A program made the position numbers and the translations under genes. This document shows, piece after piece, positions 30,302 through 39,838 of a stretch of DNA of 64,000 bases; position 1 is the stretch's first letter, and each line of letters opens with the position of its first letter. The notes under the pieces are model-generated. The model made no database searches. It was not told where the DNA came from and saw only the letters and a list, made by a program, of their open reading frames with translations. The stretch spans positions 355,238 to 419,237 of the forward strand of contig CACWNX010000001.1 of assembly GCA_902762295.1 (NCBI GenBank), written 5' to 3'. Source of the stretch: an uncultured Pseudomonadota bacterium. GTDB taxonomy: Bacteria > Pseudomonadota > Alphaproteobacteria > Rs-D84.

Positions 30302-32530
30302 ATGGTTGAAAAGTTCAAGATTTTATCTGCAGGTCGTGACAGCAAGGGTTTGAATATATTCAAATCCAGTGCGTATAAAGAACACGAACAAACGCCAATG
30401 GCCCAGACTTTTTGGGTGTTGCGTTGGTCAATAGGTGTGTGGCTGATATGTGCGCTGGTATTTTGTTTTTCGTTTATTTTTGAACATATATGGCGGTACG
30501 GTTGGTCACCGGCAACATTTGATTGGATAAAAATATATTTGTCCAATATGGTCCAGAGTGCGGGTTTATCGGTTGTTGCCGAAATTCCATATTGGATTGT
30601 GCGCTGTATTATGCACCCAGATTTTGCGTGTATTGTTCCGATTTTGCCGTTTATCGCGTATTATCTGTTGACCGACGATACATTAAAGGGCGAATTTAAC
30701 CCGAACGGCAAAGACAAATTTGATAAAAAATCTTCGCGTGAAGCAAACGAAGCGGATGTCAAGGCAATGGGATTGTTTGATGGATTCATGATGGTACTTG
30801 GATACTTTAAGAAAAAACCATTAAAATTACCTGAAACATTGTCTGTTTTATGTTTGGCGCCCCCCGGGACCGGTAAAACCCAGGGTATAGTTTTACCAAC
30901 CATTTTTGATTGTCCAAATGTGTCTATGATTATAAACGATCCAAAGCCTGAATTGGATGTGAAATCCAGTGGTTATCGCGCTACGCATGTTGGACCGGTG
31001 TTCATTATGGACTGGGGGGGGCAAGATGAACCAGAAAAGGGTATTTACTATCCATCATGGAACCCGCTGTCGCCGGGGCATATTCCATTCAGTACCGAAC
31101 AACGCGAATTGTATGTGGACTATATTTGCGATGTGTTGGTTCCCGATGCCGCCGGGACCAGTGCCGATCCACACTGGACACAATCTGGGCGTGCGGGTTT
31201 GGCGGGATTTATTCAATTTATTGTTTCAAAAATTGAACGGGCCAAGGCCGATGATTATTTCTATTCGCGTCTGAAATCGGGAACATTTGATGCGGATGAT
31301 GCGGCAGTTTTATCGGACTATTACTTTTCAATGGTAAACGACCCGAATGCGTTCGCCGCCCAGGCACTGATTAAAAATGGCGAATTAAATGTGATGAATT
31401 ATGTTCATATCGGTTCATGGGCGAATATTCCACAAATGTGGCTTGGGAAAGAGGCATCGTTTTCTATGATGCTGGATTGGATTACCGAGGCGCAAATTGC
31501 CGTTGCAAACGACCTGGCGGAACGTCAGCGCCAAGGCGACCAAACCGTTATGATGGCGGACCCGATGAAAGATTGGCTGGATGCGGCGGTGAATGAATGT
31601 CGCGCATTTTCATATTCAAATCGTGCGGTTGCCGAATTGACTAAACTTGCCAACACGCCGGCAACCGAACGCGGTTCAATTATTTCAACGATATTGACGG
31701 GACTTGCAATATTCCGTAATGCCGCGGTTCGCAATCGTACATCGCATTCGGATTTTCACTTTTCCGATATGCGCGGAATGATCGACCCACGCGACGGCAA
31801 AATGAAGCCGGTGACGGTCTATTTATCTATCAATATGGTTGATGCCAAGGCATTAAATCCAATCACTGCGATGTTTATTGAAACTATGTCAAACTTTCTG
31901 CTTGCCAATCCACCAGAACATGTTGGTCGCAGCGGTGAAAAAATGGGACCATATCCGGTGTTATTTTTGCTGGACGAAATGCCGAAAATGCAAAAGATGC
32001 AGGCGGTTATCCAGGGACCTGATGTTGGTCGTGGACAACAGATTTCATATCTGTTCATTGGTCAGGATATTCACCAGATTCAAGAAAAATACGGCGCAGA
32101 TGCGGCATCAACAATTATATCAACCACCGCCGCAAAGATTGTTCTGCGGCAAAACGATTTAGAAACTGCAAAACGTTTTTCGGAAATGATGGGTACAAAA
32201 ATCACAATGAAAAAAGAAAAGGGGCCTGATGGTAAAGAAGTAGAAGTACCAAAAACTGAACCATTATTCAGCGAATATGACATTATGAAATTGCCAAAGA
32301 AAGACGAGATTGTGATATTCCAGGGTTGGTATCATCGACCAATAAAGGCAGAATTAAAAATGGCATATACAGATCCACGGTTGGCGGGCTATATGCAAAT
32401 GGGGCGGTCGTCACCGTTGCCAGAATTTTTAATACCGCTGCATCATGCGACACTGGAATATGCCGGCGTGCCGAAATATTACAATCCACAAACAAATGAA
32501 TTGAAAGAATTAACGCCTGTGGTAAAATAG
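30302..32530 (+). CDS. virD4: Type IV secretion coupling protein VirD4/TraG
   Basis: N-terminal TMs, Walker A APPGTGKTQG, INDPKPEL, WNPL, DPHW, SDF.F.DMR, Walker B LFLLDEMP, QD..QI..KYG. Confidence 0.9.
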   Translation: MVEKFKILSAGRDSKGLNIFKSSAYKEHEQTPMAQTFWVLRWSIGVWLICALVFCFSFIFEHIWRYGWSPATFDWIKIYLSNMVQSAGLSVVAEIPYWIVRCIMHPDFACIVPILPFIAYYLLTDDTLKGEFNPNGKDKFDKKSSREANEADVKAMGLFDGFMMVLGYFKKKPLKLPETLSVLCLAPPGTGKTQGIVLPTIFDCPNVSMIINDPKPELDVKSSGYRATHVGPVFIMDWGGQDEPEKGIYYPSWNPLSPGHIPFSTEQRELYVDYICDVLVPDAAGTSADPHWTQSGRAGLAGFIQFIVSKIERAKADDYFYSRLKSGTFDADDAAVLSDYYFSMVNDPNAFAAQALIKNGELNVMNYVHIGSWANIPQMWLGKEASFSMMLDWITEAQIAVANDLAERQRQGDQTVMMADPMKDWLDAAVNECRAFSYSNRAVAELTKLANTPATERGSIISTILTGLAIFRNAAVRNRTSHSDFHFSDMRGMIDPRDGKMKPVTVYLSINMVDAKALNPITAMFIETMSNFLLANPPEHVGRSGEKMGPYPVLFLLDEMPKMQKMQAVIQGPDVGRGQQISYLFIGQDIHQIQEKYGADAASTIISTTAAKIVLRQNDLETAKRFSEMMGTKITMKKEKGPDGKEVEVPKTEPLFSEYDIMKLPKKDEIVIFQGWYHRPIKAELKMAYTDPRLAGYMQMGRSSPLPEFLIPLHHATLEYAGVPKYYNPQTNELKELTPVVK

Positions 32531-32536
32531 CGGCAA

Positions 32537-33769
32537 ATGTTAAAGTTATCACGATTTTTATTTGTTTTTATTCTATTGACGGGATGTGCGGCGACCGTTG
32601 AATCGCGCCTGGATAGTGTGCGTATGGGGTATATGACGGCACCGGTTGAAAAGAATATCGATTCGGAAAAGAATTTGGACTTGCTGATAAATGCAGATGC
32701 GTTGTTCCATAGTGGTGATTACGCACAATCAGATGCGTTATATGAAAAATTTAACAGAAAGAATTCTGATATAACATCGGGCGACATTGTTCGTGAATTA
32801 TCTGGGGTTGCATTTGGTGCGAATGCGAATGATTATCGGCCATACATGATGGATTCGCTGTTTGTGTCGTATTACCAGTTATGGATGGCAATCGCCGATG
32901 GCCGATGGAATGATGCTCGTGTGATAATAAACCAGTCTTATTCGCGCCAGCAAGATATGTCACGTGAATACGAAAAACTGATTGAATCAAACAAAGCGGC
33001 ATTGGACAAGCATTCTGAAATTGCCGATAAAATTCAAAATGTAAATTGGACCGCATATCGCAATATTATGAATCCGGCGCTGATGTATTTATCGGGGATA
33101 TATTTTCTGAACATGGGTGAATTTGATGATGCAACGACATACCTGCGCCGCGCCAACGGTATGATGCCGGAAAATAATTTTATTGCGCGTGATTTGAAAA
33201 ACGCCGAATCACGCATCCGCCCACAAAACACAACATGGGTTTTTTTAGAGGATGGATTCGCACCAAAACTGACCGAAGAACGTATTACATTCCCGATTGC
33301 AACGCAGGGCGGTTTTACAACACTGACGGTTGCGATGTCTGAACCGGTGTTTTCAAATAATTTTACAAATATTGATGGTGCAAAAAAGTTAGCAGATGTT
33401 GATGCGATGTTTATGACCGAATATGGCGAATACAGAATAAATGATGGGTTGCGTGCGTTTGCATCGGCGGCATCGCGTATGGCATTACAGTCGGCGGCAT
33501 ATAATTCACATTCAGATTCGGCACCGATAATGGGATTGCTGTCCACGATATATTCGGAATTCACCAACAGTGCGGATGTTCGCACATGGGCAACATTACC
33601 AAAAACCATATCGGTTATGCGTATTGACAAAAACAAAAGTGGCTTGATTGAAATTAAATCGCGTGGTAATGTTATGGAAACGATACCTGTGCCGACATCG
33701 GGCAACCATTTGGTCTATGTCCGCATTGGCCCGAAAACGAATGATATAAAAGTTTTGAAATTAAAATAA
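32537..33769 (+). CDS. COG3014-like TPR lipoprotein
   Basis: Lipobox LTGC, EDGFAP, ADVRTWATLP; this family typically precedes LpoB-like genes. Confidence 0.7.
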   Translation: MLKLSRFLFVFILLTGCAATVESRLDSVRMGYMTAPVEKNIDSEKNLDLLINADALFHSGDYAQSDALYEKFNRKNSDITSGDIVRELSGVAFGANANDYRPYMMDSLFVSYYQLWMAIADGRWNDARVIINQSYSRQQDMSREYEKLIESNKAALDKHSEIADKIQNVNWTAYRNIMNPALMYLSGIYFLNMGEFDDATTYLRRANGMMPENNFIARDLKNAESRIRPQNTTWVFLEDGFAPKLTEERITFPIATQGGFTTLTVAMSEPVFSNNFTNIDGAKKLADVDAMFMTEYGEYRINDGLRAFASAASRMALQSAAYNSHSDSAPIMGLLSTIYSEFTNSADVRTWATLPKTISVMRIDKNKSGLIEIKSRGNVMETIPVPTSGNHLVYVRIGPKTNDIKVLKLK

Positions 33770-33786
33770 AACCAAAGGGGGAAAGT

Positions 33787-34404
33787 ATGAAAAAACTATT
33801 ACCGATTGCGCTTTGTGCGGTTTTGGCGGGGTGCAGTGGTACAACCGTTGTTGACCTGGATAACGAGAAAGAAGTTGCCGCGATGCAGGATGTTATGGAA
33901 CTGGAATATCGCGACTGGACAAAAACGGCGGAAAATATGACCAAGTCTATGATGGCCAGTGGCGCGTTCACCCGTGTAAAGAACCCGGTCATTGCGATGG
34001 GTCCGATTAAGAATGACACAATGCAACGGTTTGATACCGATATATTGACCAAGAAAATTCGCACAACATTGTTGAAATCTGGACGCGCCCAGGTGACAAC
34101 CGGATTCCAAAATGGTGGCCCGGCCGAAGACGGTACAACATACGCGGTTCGCGATGTTCGGAATAATTCAGAATATGACCAATCAACGGTTGTTGCACCG
34201 GGAACATTGGTTGCGCCAAATATGTCGTTGTCGGGAAAAATGTTGCAGCGCAATTTAAAATTAAAATCCGGATGGTTTTCATCGGTTGACACACGCGTAG
34301 AATATTACCTGCAATTAACATTAAGTGATGTTAAAACGGGTCTTGCCATCTGGGAAGATGAACAGCCGATTATCAAAGAAGGCGACCACGCACCAACATG
34401 GTAA
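33787..34404 (+). CDS. lpoB: LpoB (COG3417)-like lipoprotein
   Basis: Lipobox LAGC, IKNDT...FDTD.LTKKIR..LL.SG, YYLQLTLSDVKTGLAIWED. Confidence 0.75.
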   Translation: MKKLLPIALCAVLAGCSGTTVVDLDNEKEVAAMQDVMELEYRDWTKTAENMTKSMMASGAFTRVKNPVIAMGPIKNDTMQRFDTDILTKKIRTTLLKSGRAQVTTGFQNGGPAEDGTTYAVRDVRNNSEYDQSTVVAPGTLVAPNMSLSGKMLQRNLKLKSGWFSSVDTRVEYYLQLTLSDVKTGLAIWEDEQPIIKEGDHAPTW

Positions 34405-34457
34405 ACCGGGACAAGAATCTTATTATATTTACCCCCAAATGGGGGTAATTTTTTTGT

Positions 34458-34946
34458 ATGAAAAAAAATGAACCGATTTGGTCTTCGCTGGTACTGGGGA
34501 TGCATGATGCATTGGTATCAACATTGGGGTTGGTGACCGGGCTGGCATTTGCCGCCGCCACACAATATGTAATAATATTAACCGGTATGATTGCCGCAAT
34601 GTCCGCAGGCATGTCAATGATGGCATCGGAATACCTGTCACAAAAGGCGGGCGGCAATTCGCGCGGCGCGTTTATGCGTGGCATAATGACCGGCGCGGCA
34701 TATGTTTTCACCGCCGCAATGTTGTTGGTACCGTTTGTGTTATTTCGAAACCCATTCATTGGGGTGTTTGCGACATACTTGGTGGGGGTGGCAATAATAT
34801 TCGGATTTAATTTATTGAAATCAAAAATAGATGCCCAGAAATTTTTACCTGCGTTTATTGAAATGTTGGTTGTGTGCTTTGTTGTGACGACGGTTGCATT
34901 TATTATTGGCGAAAGTGCGCGGGTTTTGTTTGGAATCAGTATTTGA
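34458..34946 (+). CDS. VIT1/CCC1 family Fe/Mn transporter
   Basis: VLGMHDALVS..GLVTG and SMMASEYLS motifs. Confidence 0.85.
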   Translation: MKKNEPIWSSLVLGMHDALVSTLGLVTGLAFAAATQYVIILTGMIAAMSAGMSMMASEYLSQKAGGNSRGAFMRGIMTGAAYVFTAAMLLVPFVLFRNPFIGVFATYLVGVAIIFGFNLLKSKIDAQKFLPAFIEMLVVCFVVTTVAFIIGESARVLFGISI

Positions 34947-34986
34947 TAAAATGTGTAATTTTTTTGTTGGTATAAAATCCGTAATG

Positions 34987-34995
34987 TGTTATAAT
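34987..34995 (+). promoter_or_regulatory. Extended -10 promoter for the downstream ncRNA
   Basis: TGtTATAAT about 7 nt before the structured RNA. Confidence 0.6.
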
Positions 34996-35001
34996 AGTTA
35001 T

Positions 35002-35186
35002 GCCGATGGGTGTTCCATTGGCGGGGTGTCAAGACCCTTTGGTGCTCGGTGTCCGCGGGGACAAAAAACACCTCCAACCCAATAAAAGTGGTTGGAGGGC
35101 GGTGAATATATTGAATAAACCCACTATTTTCCGAGTACTATAGTCTTGAACCTCCAACCACTAAGGAATTTTCTGGTGGTTTTTTT
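35002..35186 (+). ncRNA. ssrS: 6S RNA-like structured ncRNA
   Basis: Long rod: TCAAGAC/GTCTTGA, GGTGCTCGG/CCGAGTACT, an A-rich central bubble, and CCTCCAACC/GGTTGGAGG. It contains CTTGAACC, has its own promoter and ends in a U-tailed terminator (35156-35186). Confidence 0.6.
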
Positions 35187-35201
35187 AATCCCCTTCGCTG
35201 A

Positions 35202-35240
35202 ATCGGGTCCCGCAAAATTTGAAAAATTTTGTGGGTGATA
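35202..35240 (+). mobile_element. ~40-bp hairpin mini-element, copy 1
   Basis: ATCGGGTCCCGCAAAATTTGAAAAATTTTGTGGGTGATA inside the loop of the palindrome CCCCTTCG..CGAAGGGG. Confidence 0.6.
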
Positions 35241-35310
35241 ACCGAAGGGGGGGACCGGTGGAACCGGTAGGGTGGTGGAAAAACAACAAACAAAAAAATC
35301 GGGGGAATCC

Positions 35311-35880
35311 ATGAAATCAAACACAACATTTATCTTTGCCGGAATAATGTCGGTGATAGTCGGCAATGCATATGCCACCGGCGAAAACACTGTGACAAGT
35401 AAATCCTATGTTGATGCCCAAGATGCATTAAAACAGGATGCGATTACCGCCAAGACAACCGGTAATGTGGTCACATATAACGGAACACAAAACGGTCAGG
35501 CACAATTCGATGAACGCGCAATTTTTGATCGCAATACCGGTTGGGATTATGAAAATGAAGTAATTTCAAAAGGACACGAAGGTGATTTGATGACCGCGGG
35601 TGATGTGCTACCGAATATAACCGATATATATAGTTCAATAGATGCTATGCACGGCGGTCCAGGTACAGTTGTCGTTCGTGGTGAAAGCGGTATGCCAACT
35701 GAATCACGCAATATATACGATGGTTCAACAACATACAATGCATCAACCGATGCGAACAGTCTAGCCACAGCAAGTTTTGTTGAAACCAAGGCAAATCCTA
35801 TGACCTGTGCCGGATGGCCGGATTCTGTACCGGTTGCCGACAGGACGGATGCAAATTGTTGGTTGTGGAATAAAAATTAG
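35311..35880 (+). CDS. Exported orphan surface protein with TSKSYVD/KQD fibre-like motifs
   Basis: GGGGGA SD, signal peptide ending NAYA, VTSKSYVDAQDALKQD, internal ERAIFD/SRNIYD repeat and a C-terminal Cys pair. Confidence 0.75.
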   Translation: MKSNTTFIFAGIMSVIVGNAYATGENTVTSKSYVDAQDALKQDAITAKTTGNVVTYNGTQNGQAQFDERAIFDRNTGWDYENEVISKGHEGDLMTAGDVLPNITDIYSSIDAMHGGPGTVVVRGESGMPTESRNIYDGSTTYNASTDANSLATASFVETKANPMTCAGWPDSVPVADRTDANCWLWNKN

Positions 35881-35884
35881 TAAA

Positions 35885-36172
35885 GTCATCCCAGCACAGA
35901 AAATCGTCACCCCGTGCATCGGGCCCCGCAAAAAACGAAAGTTTTTTGTGGGTGATATTGACACGGGGTCTTTTTATTCCGCCTGATACTAACGGTCCCC
36001 TTCTTATCAAGAAGGGGTGGCGCATGAAATGCGACGGGGTAATTGCACCGGCACCGCCGGTGTGTGCGTATGCACAACTACTACCCCACCACGTCCCGTG
36101 GTCCCCCCCCTTCACACCGTGAAGGGGGTTTTATGGACCCCGACTTTCGTCGGTATGACGGTGAAAGTGTGG
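35885..36172. repeat. Cluster of nested REP-like palindromes
   Basis: GTCATCCC.., GTCACCCCGTGC/TTGACACGGGGTC, CCCCTTCTT-ATC-AAGAAGGGG, CCCCCTTCAC-ACC-GTGAAGGGGG, CCGACTTTCGTCGGTATGAC. Confidence 0.7.
35918..35957 (+). mobile_element. ~40-bp hairpin mini-element, copy 2
   Basis: ATCGGGCCCCGCAAAAAACGAAAGTTTTTTGTGGGTGATA splits the REP GTCACCCCGTGC|TTGACACGGGGTC. Confidence 0.7.
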
Positions 36173-36232
36173 TATAACGATAAAAAAACGGGGGCAAACG
36201 CCCCCATTTTACTAACCGCTATCCACTAACCA

Positions 36233-36673
36233 CTAAATTTGTGGGTCGTTGTCCAACATTGCGGAAAATGTTGCAACCGCCACGCGTTGTCCATTTACAA
36301 ATGCCGTTCCGGTAAATTTGTGCAGTTTCATTTTTGCGGCAATTTCTTCTATCTTTAATTCCAATGTGTCGCCCGGCACAACCATACGCGTAAACTTTGC
36401 GTTCTCAATCGTCACAAAGTATCCCAATGCACGCCCGCCATTATTTCCGATTGAATTCAAAATACAAAAACATGCGGTTTGCGCCAGGGCCTCTACAATT
36501 AAAACACCGGGCATAATTGGTTTTGCCGGAAAATGTCCCGCGCACCAAAATTCGTCGTCGCGAACATGCTTTATACCCGTCGCGGTTTTATCCGTGAATT
36601 CGCGAATTTCATCAACCAATCGCATATTGCCGCGGTGCGGAATTACGCGTTCTATACCCGTTGCATTAACCAT
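36233..36673 (-). CDS. fabZ: 3-hydroxyacyl-ACP dehydratase
   Basis: IPHR...LVD, GHFP.KPIMPGVLIVEALAQ, AKF...VVPGD.L. Confidence 0.95.
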   Translation of the reverse strand: MVNATGIERVIPHRGNMRLVDEIREFTDKTATGIKHVRDDEFWCAGHFPAKPIMPGVLIVEALAQTACFCILNSIGNNGGRALGYFVTIENAKFTRMVVPGDTLELKIEEIAAKMKLHKFTGTAFVNGQRVAVATFSAMLDNDPQI

Positions 36674-36691
36674 TTTGCTTCCTTTTAATTT

Positions 36692-37735
36692 TTAATCGTT
36701 CAGATGTTTTTTTACCCATGCATAGTGACGCAGAAACTCGGTTCCCGGCATTGCCGGATAACCCATGTGACGCGCACCGTCGGGCACATCGCGGAAAACA
36801 CCACTGTTTGCGCCGATTTCGGCATCGTTTCCGATTTTTACACCGTTTGCAATTCCGACATGTCCCGCCAGTAATGAACGGTCGCCAACCTTGGCACCGC
36901 CGGCAATTCCAACACCACCCGCCAAGAAACATTCAGACCCAATAACAACACCATGTGCAATCTGGCACAGGTTATCTATTTTTGTGCCATCGCCAATCGT
37001 TGTGTCGGTTAATGCACCGCGGTCAATACAGGTGTTCGCGCCAACCGAAACACGATTTCCAATTACCACGCGACCAACATGCGGTATAAACACATTATGC
37101 CCGTCTTGGCGCGTATAGCCGAATCCGTCTTTACCAATCGATGCGCCGTTATGAATCACGCAATCGGCACCGATTGTCGCATTTTCAATGTGCGCACCGG
37201 AATAGATAACCGTTCCGCGACCAATTGTAACATTTTTCCCTATGTATGTGTTTGGGTATATTTTCACATCGGGTTCAATGACCGAACCGCGTTCAATAGT
37301 TGCAAATTGCCCAACATATACACTGCGCCGATTGCGAAAGAATACCCCGCGTTCAATATATGCGTCGGCCGATATTCCGCGACGTGGCGGTTCGCGATAG
37401 ATTTCACCCAAAACCTTTACAATTTCACCGCGTGGACTTTCACACACCAGCAGTGTTGCACCATCTGGTGCATGCGATACCATTTCGGGCTGTAATAAAA
37501 TGACCGATGCATGAGTATTTTCCAGTACCGACACAGGTAATATTTTAAACGCGTTGCTGTTTTGTTCGGTAGAATAGAACGCAACATCGCCGGCACGCGC
37601 ATCGGCAATTGGCGCAACGCCACTTACCATTGTTTTTGGGTTTCCGCGCAGTTCCAAGCCGAATTTTTCGGCCAATTCACCCGCCGTCATTTTGACAGCT
37701 TTGGGCTTTAATAAGAAATTCATAATTTTTGACAT
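36692..37735 (-). CDS. lpxD: UDP-3-O-acylglucosamine N-acyltransferase
   Basis: Hexapeptide repeats, [40 protein letters not shown]. Confidence 0.95.
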   Translation of the reverse strand: MSKIMNFLLKPKAVKMTAGELAEKFGLELRGNPKTMVSGVAPIADARAGDVAFYSTEQNSNAFKILPVSVLENTHASVILLQPEMVSHAPDGATLLVCESPRGEIVKVLGEIYREPPRRGISADAYIERGVFFRNRRSVYVGQFATIERGSVIEPDVKIYPNTYIGKNVTIGRGTVIYSGAHIENATIGADCVIHNGASIGKDGFGYTRQDGHNVFIPHVGRVVIGNRVSVGANTCIDRGALTDTTIGDGTKIDNLCQIAHGVVIGSECFLAGGVGIAGGAKVGDRSLLAGHVGIANGVKIGNDAEIGANSGVFRDVPDGARHMGYPAMPGTEFLRHYAWVKKHLND

Positions 37736-37834
37736 ATCGGCATTATAATGAAAAAAAAATAAAAGAAAAGCGTAAATTATATTTGCTTGAATTTTAATAT
37801 ATGTTTGCTATTCTGGTGTAAAAGGAAAGATGGA

Positions 37835-39361
37835 ATGGACACCAGTTATACAGTTTTAGCACGAAAATACAGAAGTCAAGATTTTCAATCGCTTATTGGC
37901 CAGGATGTTTTAGTAAAAACACTTACAACCGCGATAAACACTGGGCGCATTGCACATGCATATATTTTTACCGGAATTCGTGGGACAGGAAAAACCAGTA
38001 CGGCGCGTATTTTGGCCAAGGCATTAAACTGTCTTTCTTCGGATGGCCCAACCGCAACACCGTGTGGAACATGTGAAAACTGTCGCGCAATCGCCGCGGG
38101 TCAGCATATAGATGTTCTGGAAATTGACGCGGCATCGCATACCGGTGTTGATAATATGCGTGAAATATTGGATGCGGCACAATATCGTCCGACAAATGGT
38201 CGCTATAAAGTTTATATAATTGACGAAGTTCATATGTTGTCGTCAAGTGCGTTTAATGCGCTGTTAAAAACTCTGGAAGAACCGCCGGCACATGTTATAT
38301 TCATTCTTGCAACAACCGAAATACGAAAGGTCCCGGTGACGATACTTTCGCGGTGTCAGCGCTTTGATTTGGTGCGCGTGCCGGTTGAAACATTAAAAAA
38401 ACATTTTGCGTGGATTGCAGAACAAGAAAATGTAGAATTATCCGATGCGGCAAATGAATTACTGGCGCGGGCGGCGGATGGTTCGGTGCGTGACGGTTTA
38501 TCGTTATTGGACCAGGCGATTGCCCAAACGGGTGGTCATGTTGATGAATCTGCGGTTATGGATATGTTGAAACGTGCCGACCGTGGTGTGGTTGTTGACT
38601 TTATGCAAACAATATTGTCGGGAAATGTTGCAACCGCGTTGGCTAAGGCCGATGAGATATACACAAATGGTGCAGATTTAACAATGTTGTTGACCGATAT
38701 GATGGAATGGACACACTGGGCAACGCGTATGCATCCGGTTCTGCGTGCGGGCAATATTGGAAATATTCCGTACACCGCGGACCAACGGGAACGTATAAAC
38801 GAAATAAATAAGCATGTGTCGTTAAATACTCTGTCCCGCATATGGCAGGTTATGGTTGCATCGGTGTCAGAAATGGCGGCGGCATCAAATCAGAAACAAT
38901 GCTTTGATATGTTGGTGGTGCGTTTGATGCATATTGCAGATATGCCGGCACTGGCCGAAATGATAAACCAAACAAAAAAAACCGTTGAACAAAAATCGGT
39001 CACAACACCGAAAAAAGAAACAATAACGATTAAAACCGCATCTGATTTGGCGGATGCGTTGCAATCGGCGCGCGAAATGATGATGTACGCATATTTTACC
39101 AAGAATATAGAAGTGTCGGAAATCCTGGCAAATCGTATATCTTATTTTGATCGCGGAAATGATTCAGAATTTCAAAAGAAATTATGCGCATGGTTAAATA
39201 CAAAAACCGGTGCGAATTGGGAACTGAATAAAATAGAGGAATCGCATCAGAATCAAACGGTTCGCGAACAAACACAATCTGATGCGGAATCGGACCCAAT
39301 GGTTGCCGATGCGATGTCGCTGTTTGCCGATGCCGAAATCGTCGGTGTGTCAAAACAATAA
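37835..39361 (+). CDS. dnaX: DNA polymerase III subunit tau/gamma
   Basis: VLARKYR, GIRGTGKTS, zinc-binding Cys motif, EIDAAS, IDEVHML, SRCQRF, GSVRD.LSLLDQ. Confidence 0.97.
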   Translation: MDTSYTVLARKYRSQDFQSLIGQDVLVKTLTTAINTGRIAHAYIFTGIRGTGKTSTARILAKALNCLSSDGPTATPCGTCENCRAIAAGQHIDVLEIDAASHTGVDNMREILDAAQYRPTNGRYKVYIIDEVHMLSSSAFNALLKTLEEPPAHVIFILATTEIRKVPVTILSRCQRFDLVRVPVETLKKHFAWIAEQENVELSDAANELLARAADGSVRDGLSLLDQAIAQTGGHVDESAVMDMLKRADRGVVVDFMQTILSGNVATALAKADEIYTNGADLTMLLTDMMEWTHWATRMHPVLRAGNIGNIPYTADQRERINEINKHVSLNTLSRIWQVMVASVSEMAAASNQKQCFDMLVVRLMHIADMPALAEMINQTKKTVEQKSVTTPKKETITIKTASDLADALQSAREMMMYAYFTKNIEVSEILANRISYFDRGNDSEFQKKLCAWLNTKTGANWELNKIEESHQNQTVREQTQSDAESDPMVADAMSLFADAEIVGVSKQ

Positions 39362-39381
39362 ATCATCACAAGGGGGGATGT

Positions 39382-39837
39382 ATGAAATATGAATCTGGAC
39401 GTTCACTGATTGAAATAATTGGGGTGCTGGCAATCACCGCTGTCATGACCGCCAGTGCGATTGGTATATACAATTCTATTCGTCATAATCAAAAGAATAC
39501 TATTGCAACCGCTGAATTACGCGAAGTTGTAAAAAATGCAAAACTGTTGATGGGAATGCGTGGCGATTATACTGGGATATCGGTTGATTACTTGGTAAAG
39601 GCGGGCGCAATTCATTCAGACCGTGCGCCAATTGGAAAAACATGGTCGGTTGATGTTGGGACAGATACGGCAACATTTGTAATAAACCTGCACGGTTTAT
39701 CACGCGCAGAATGTGATTTCTTTGCAACGGCGATTCCAAATTGGGCAACCGAAATGTTTGTGAATAAGTATCGGATTGAAGATACTGTCACATGCTTTTC
39801 AAATGCCGATAACGACATATCATTCACAGTAAGGTAA
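39382..39837 (+). CDS. Type IV pilin-like protein (PilS-like)
   Basis: Class III signal ESG|RSLIE plus hydrophobic helix; YTGIS..LVKAG and F.I...GLSRAEC; C-terminal Cys pair. Confidence 0.75.
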   Translation: MKYESGRSLIEIIGVLAITAVMTASAIGIYNSIRHNQKNTIATAELREVVKNAKLLMGMRGDYTGISVDYLVKAGAIHSDRAPIGKTWSVDVGTDTATFVINLHGLSRAECDFFATAIPNWATEMFVNKYRIEDTVTCFSNADNDISFTVR

Positions 39838-39838
39838 A

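Noticed and set aside
35190-36172. Possible CRISPR array
   Set aside because: The repeats are non-identical, nested and irregularly spaced; no cas genes are present.
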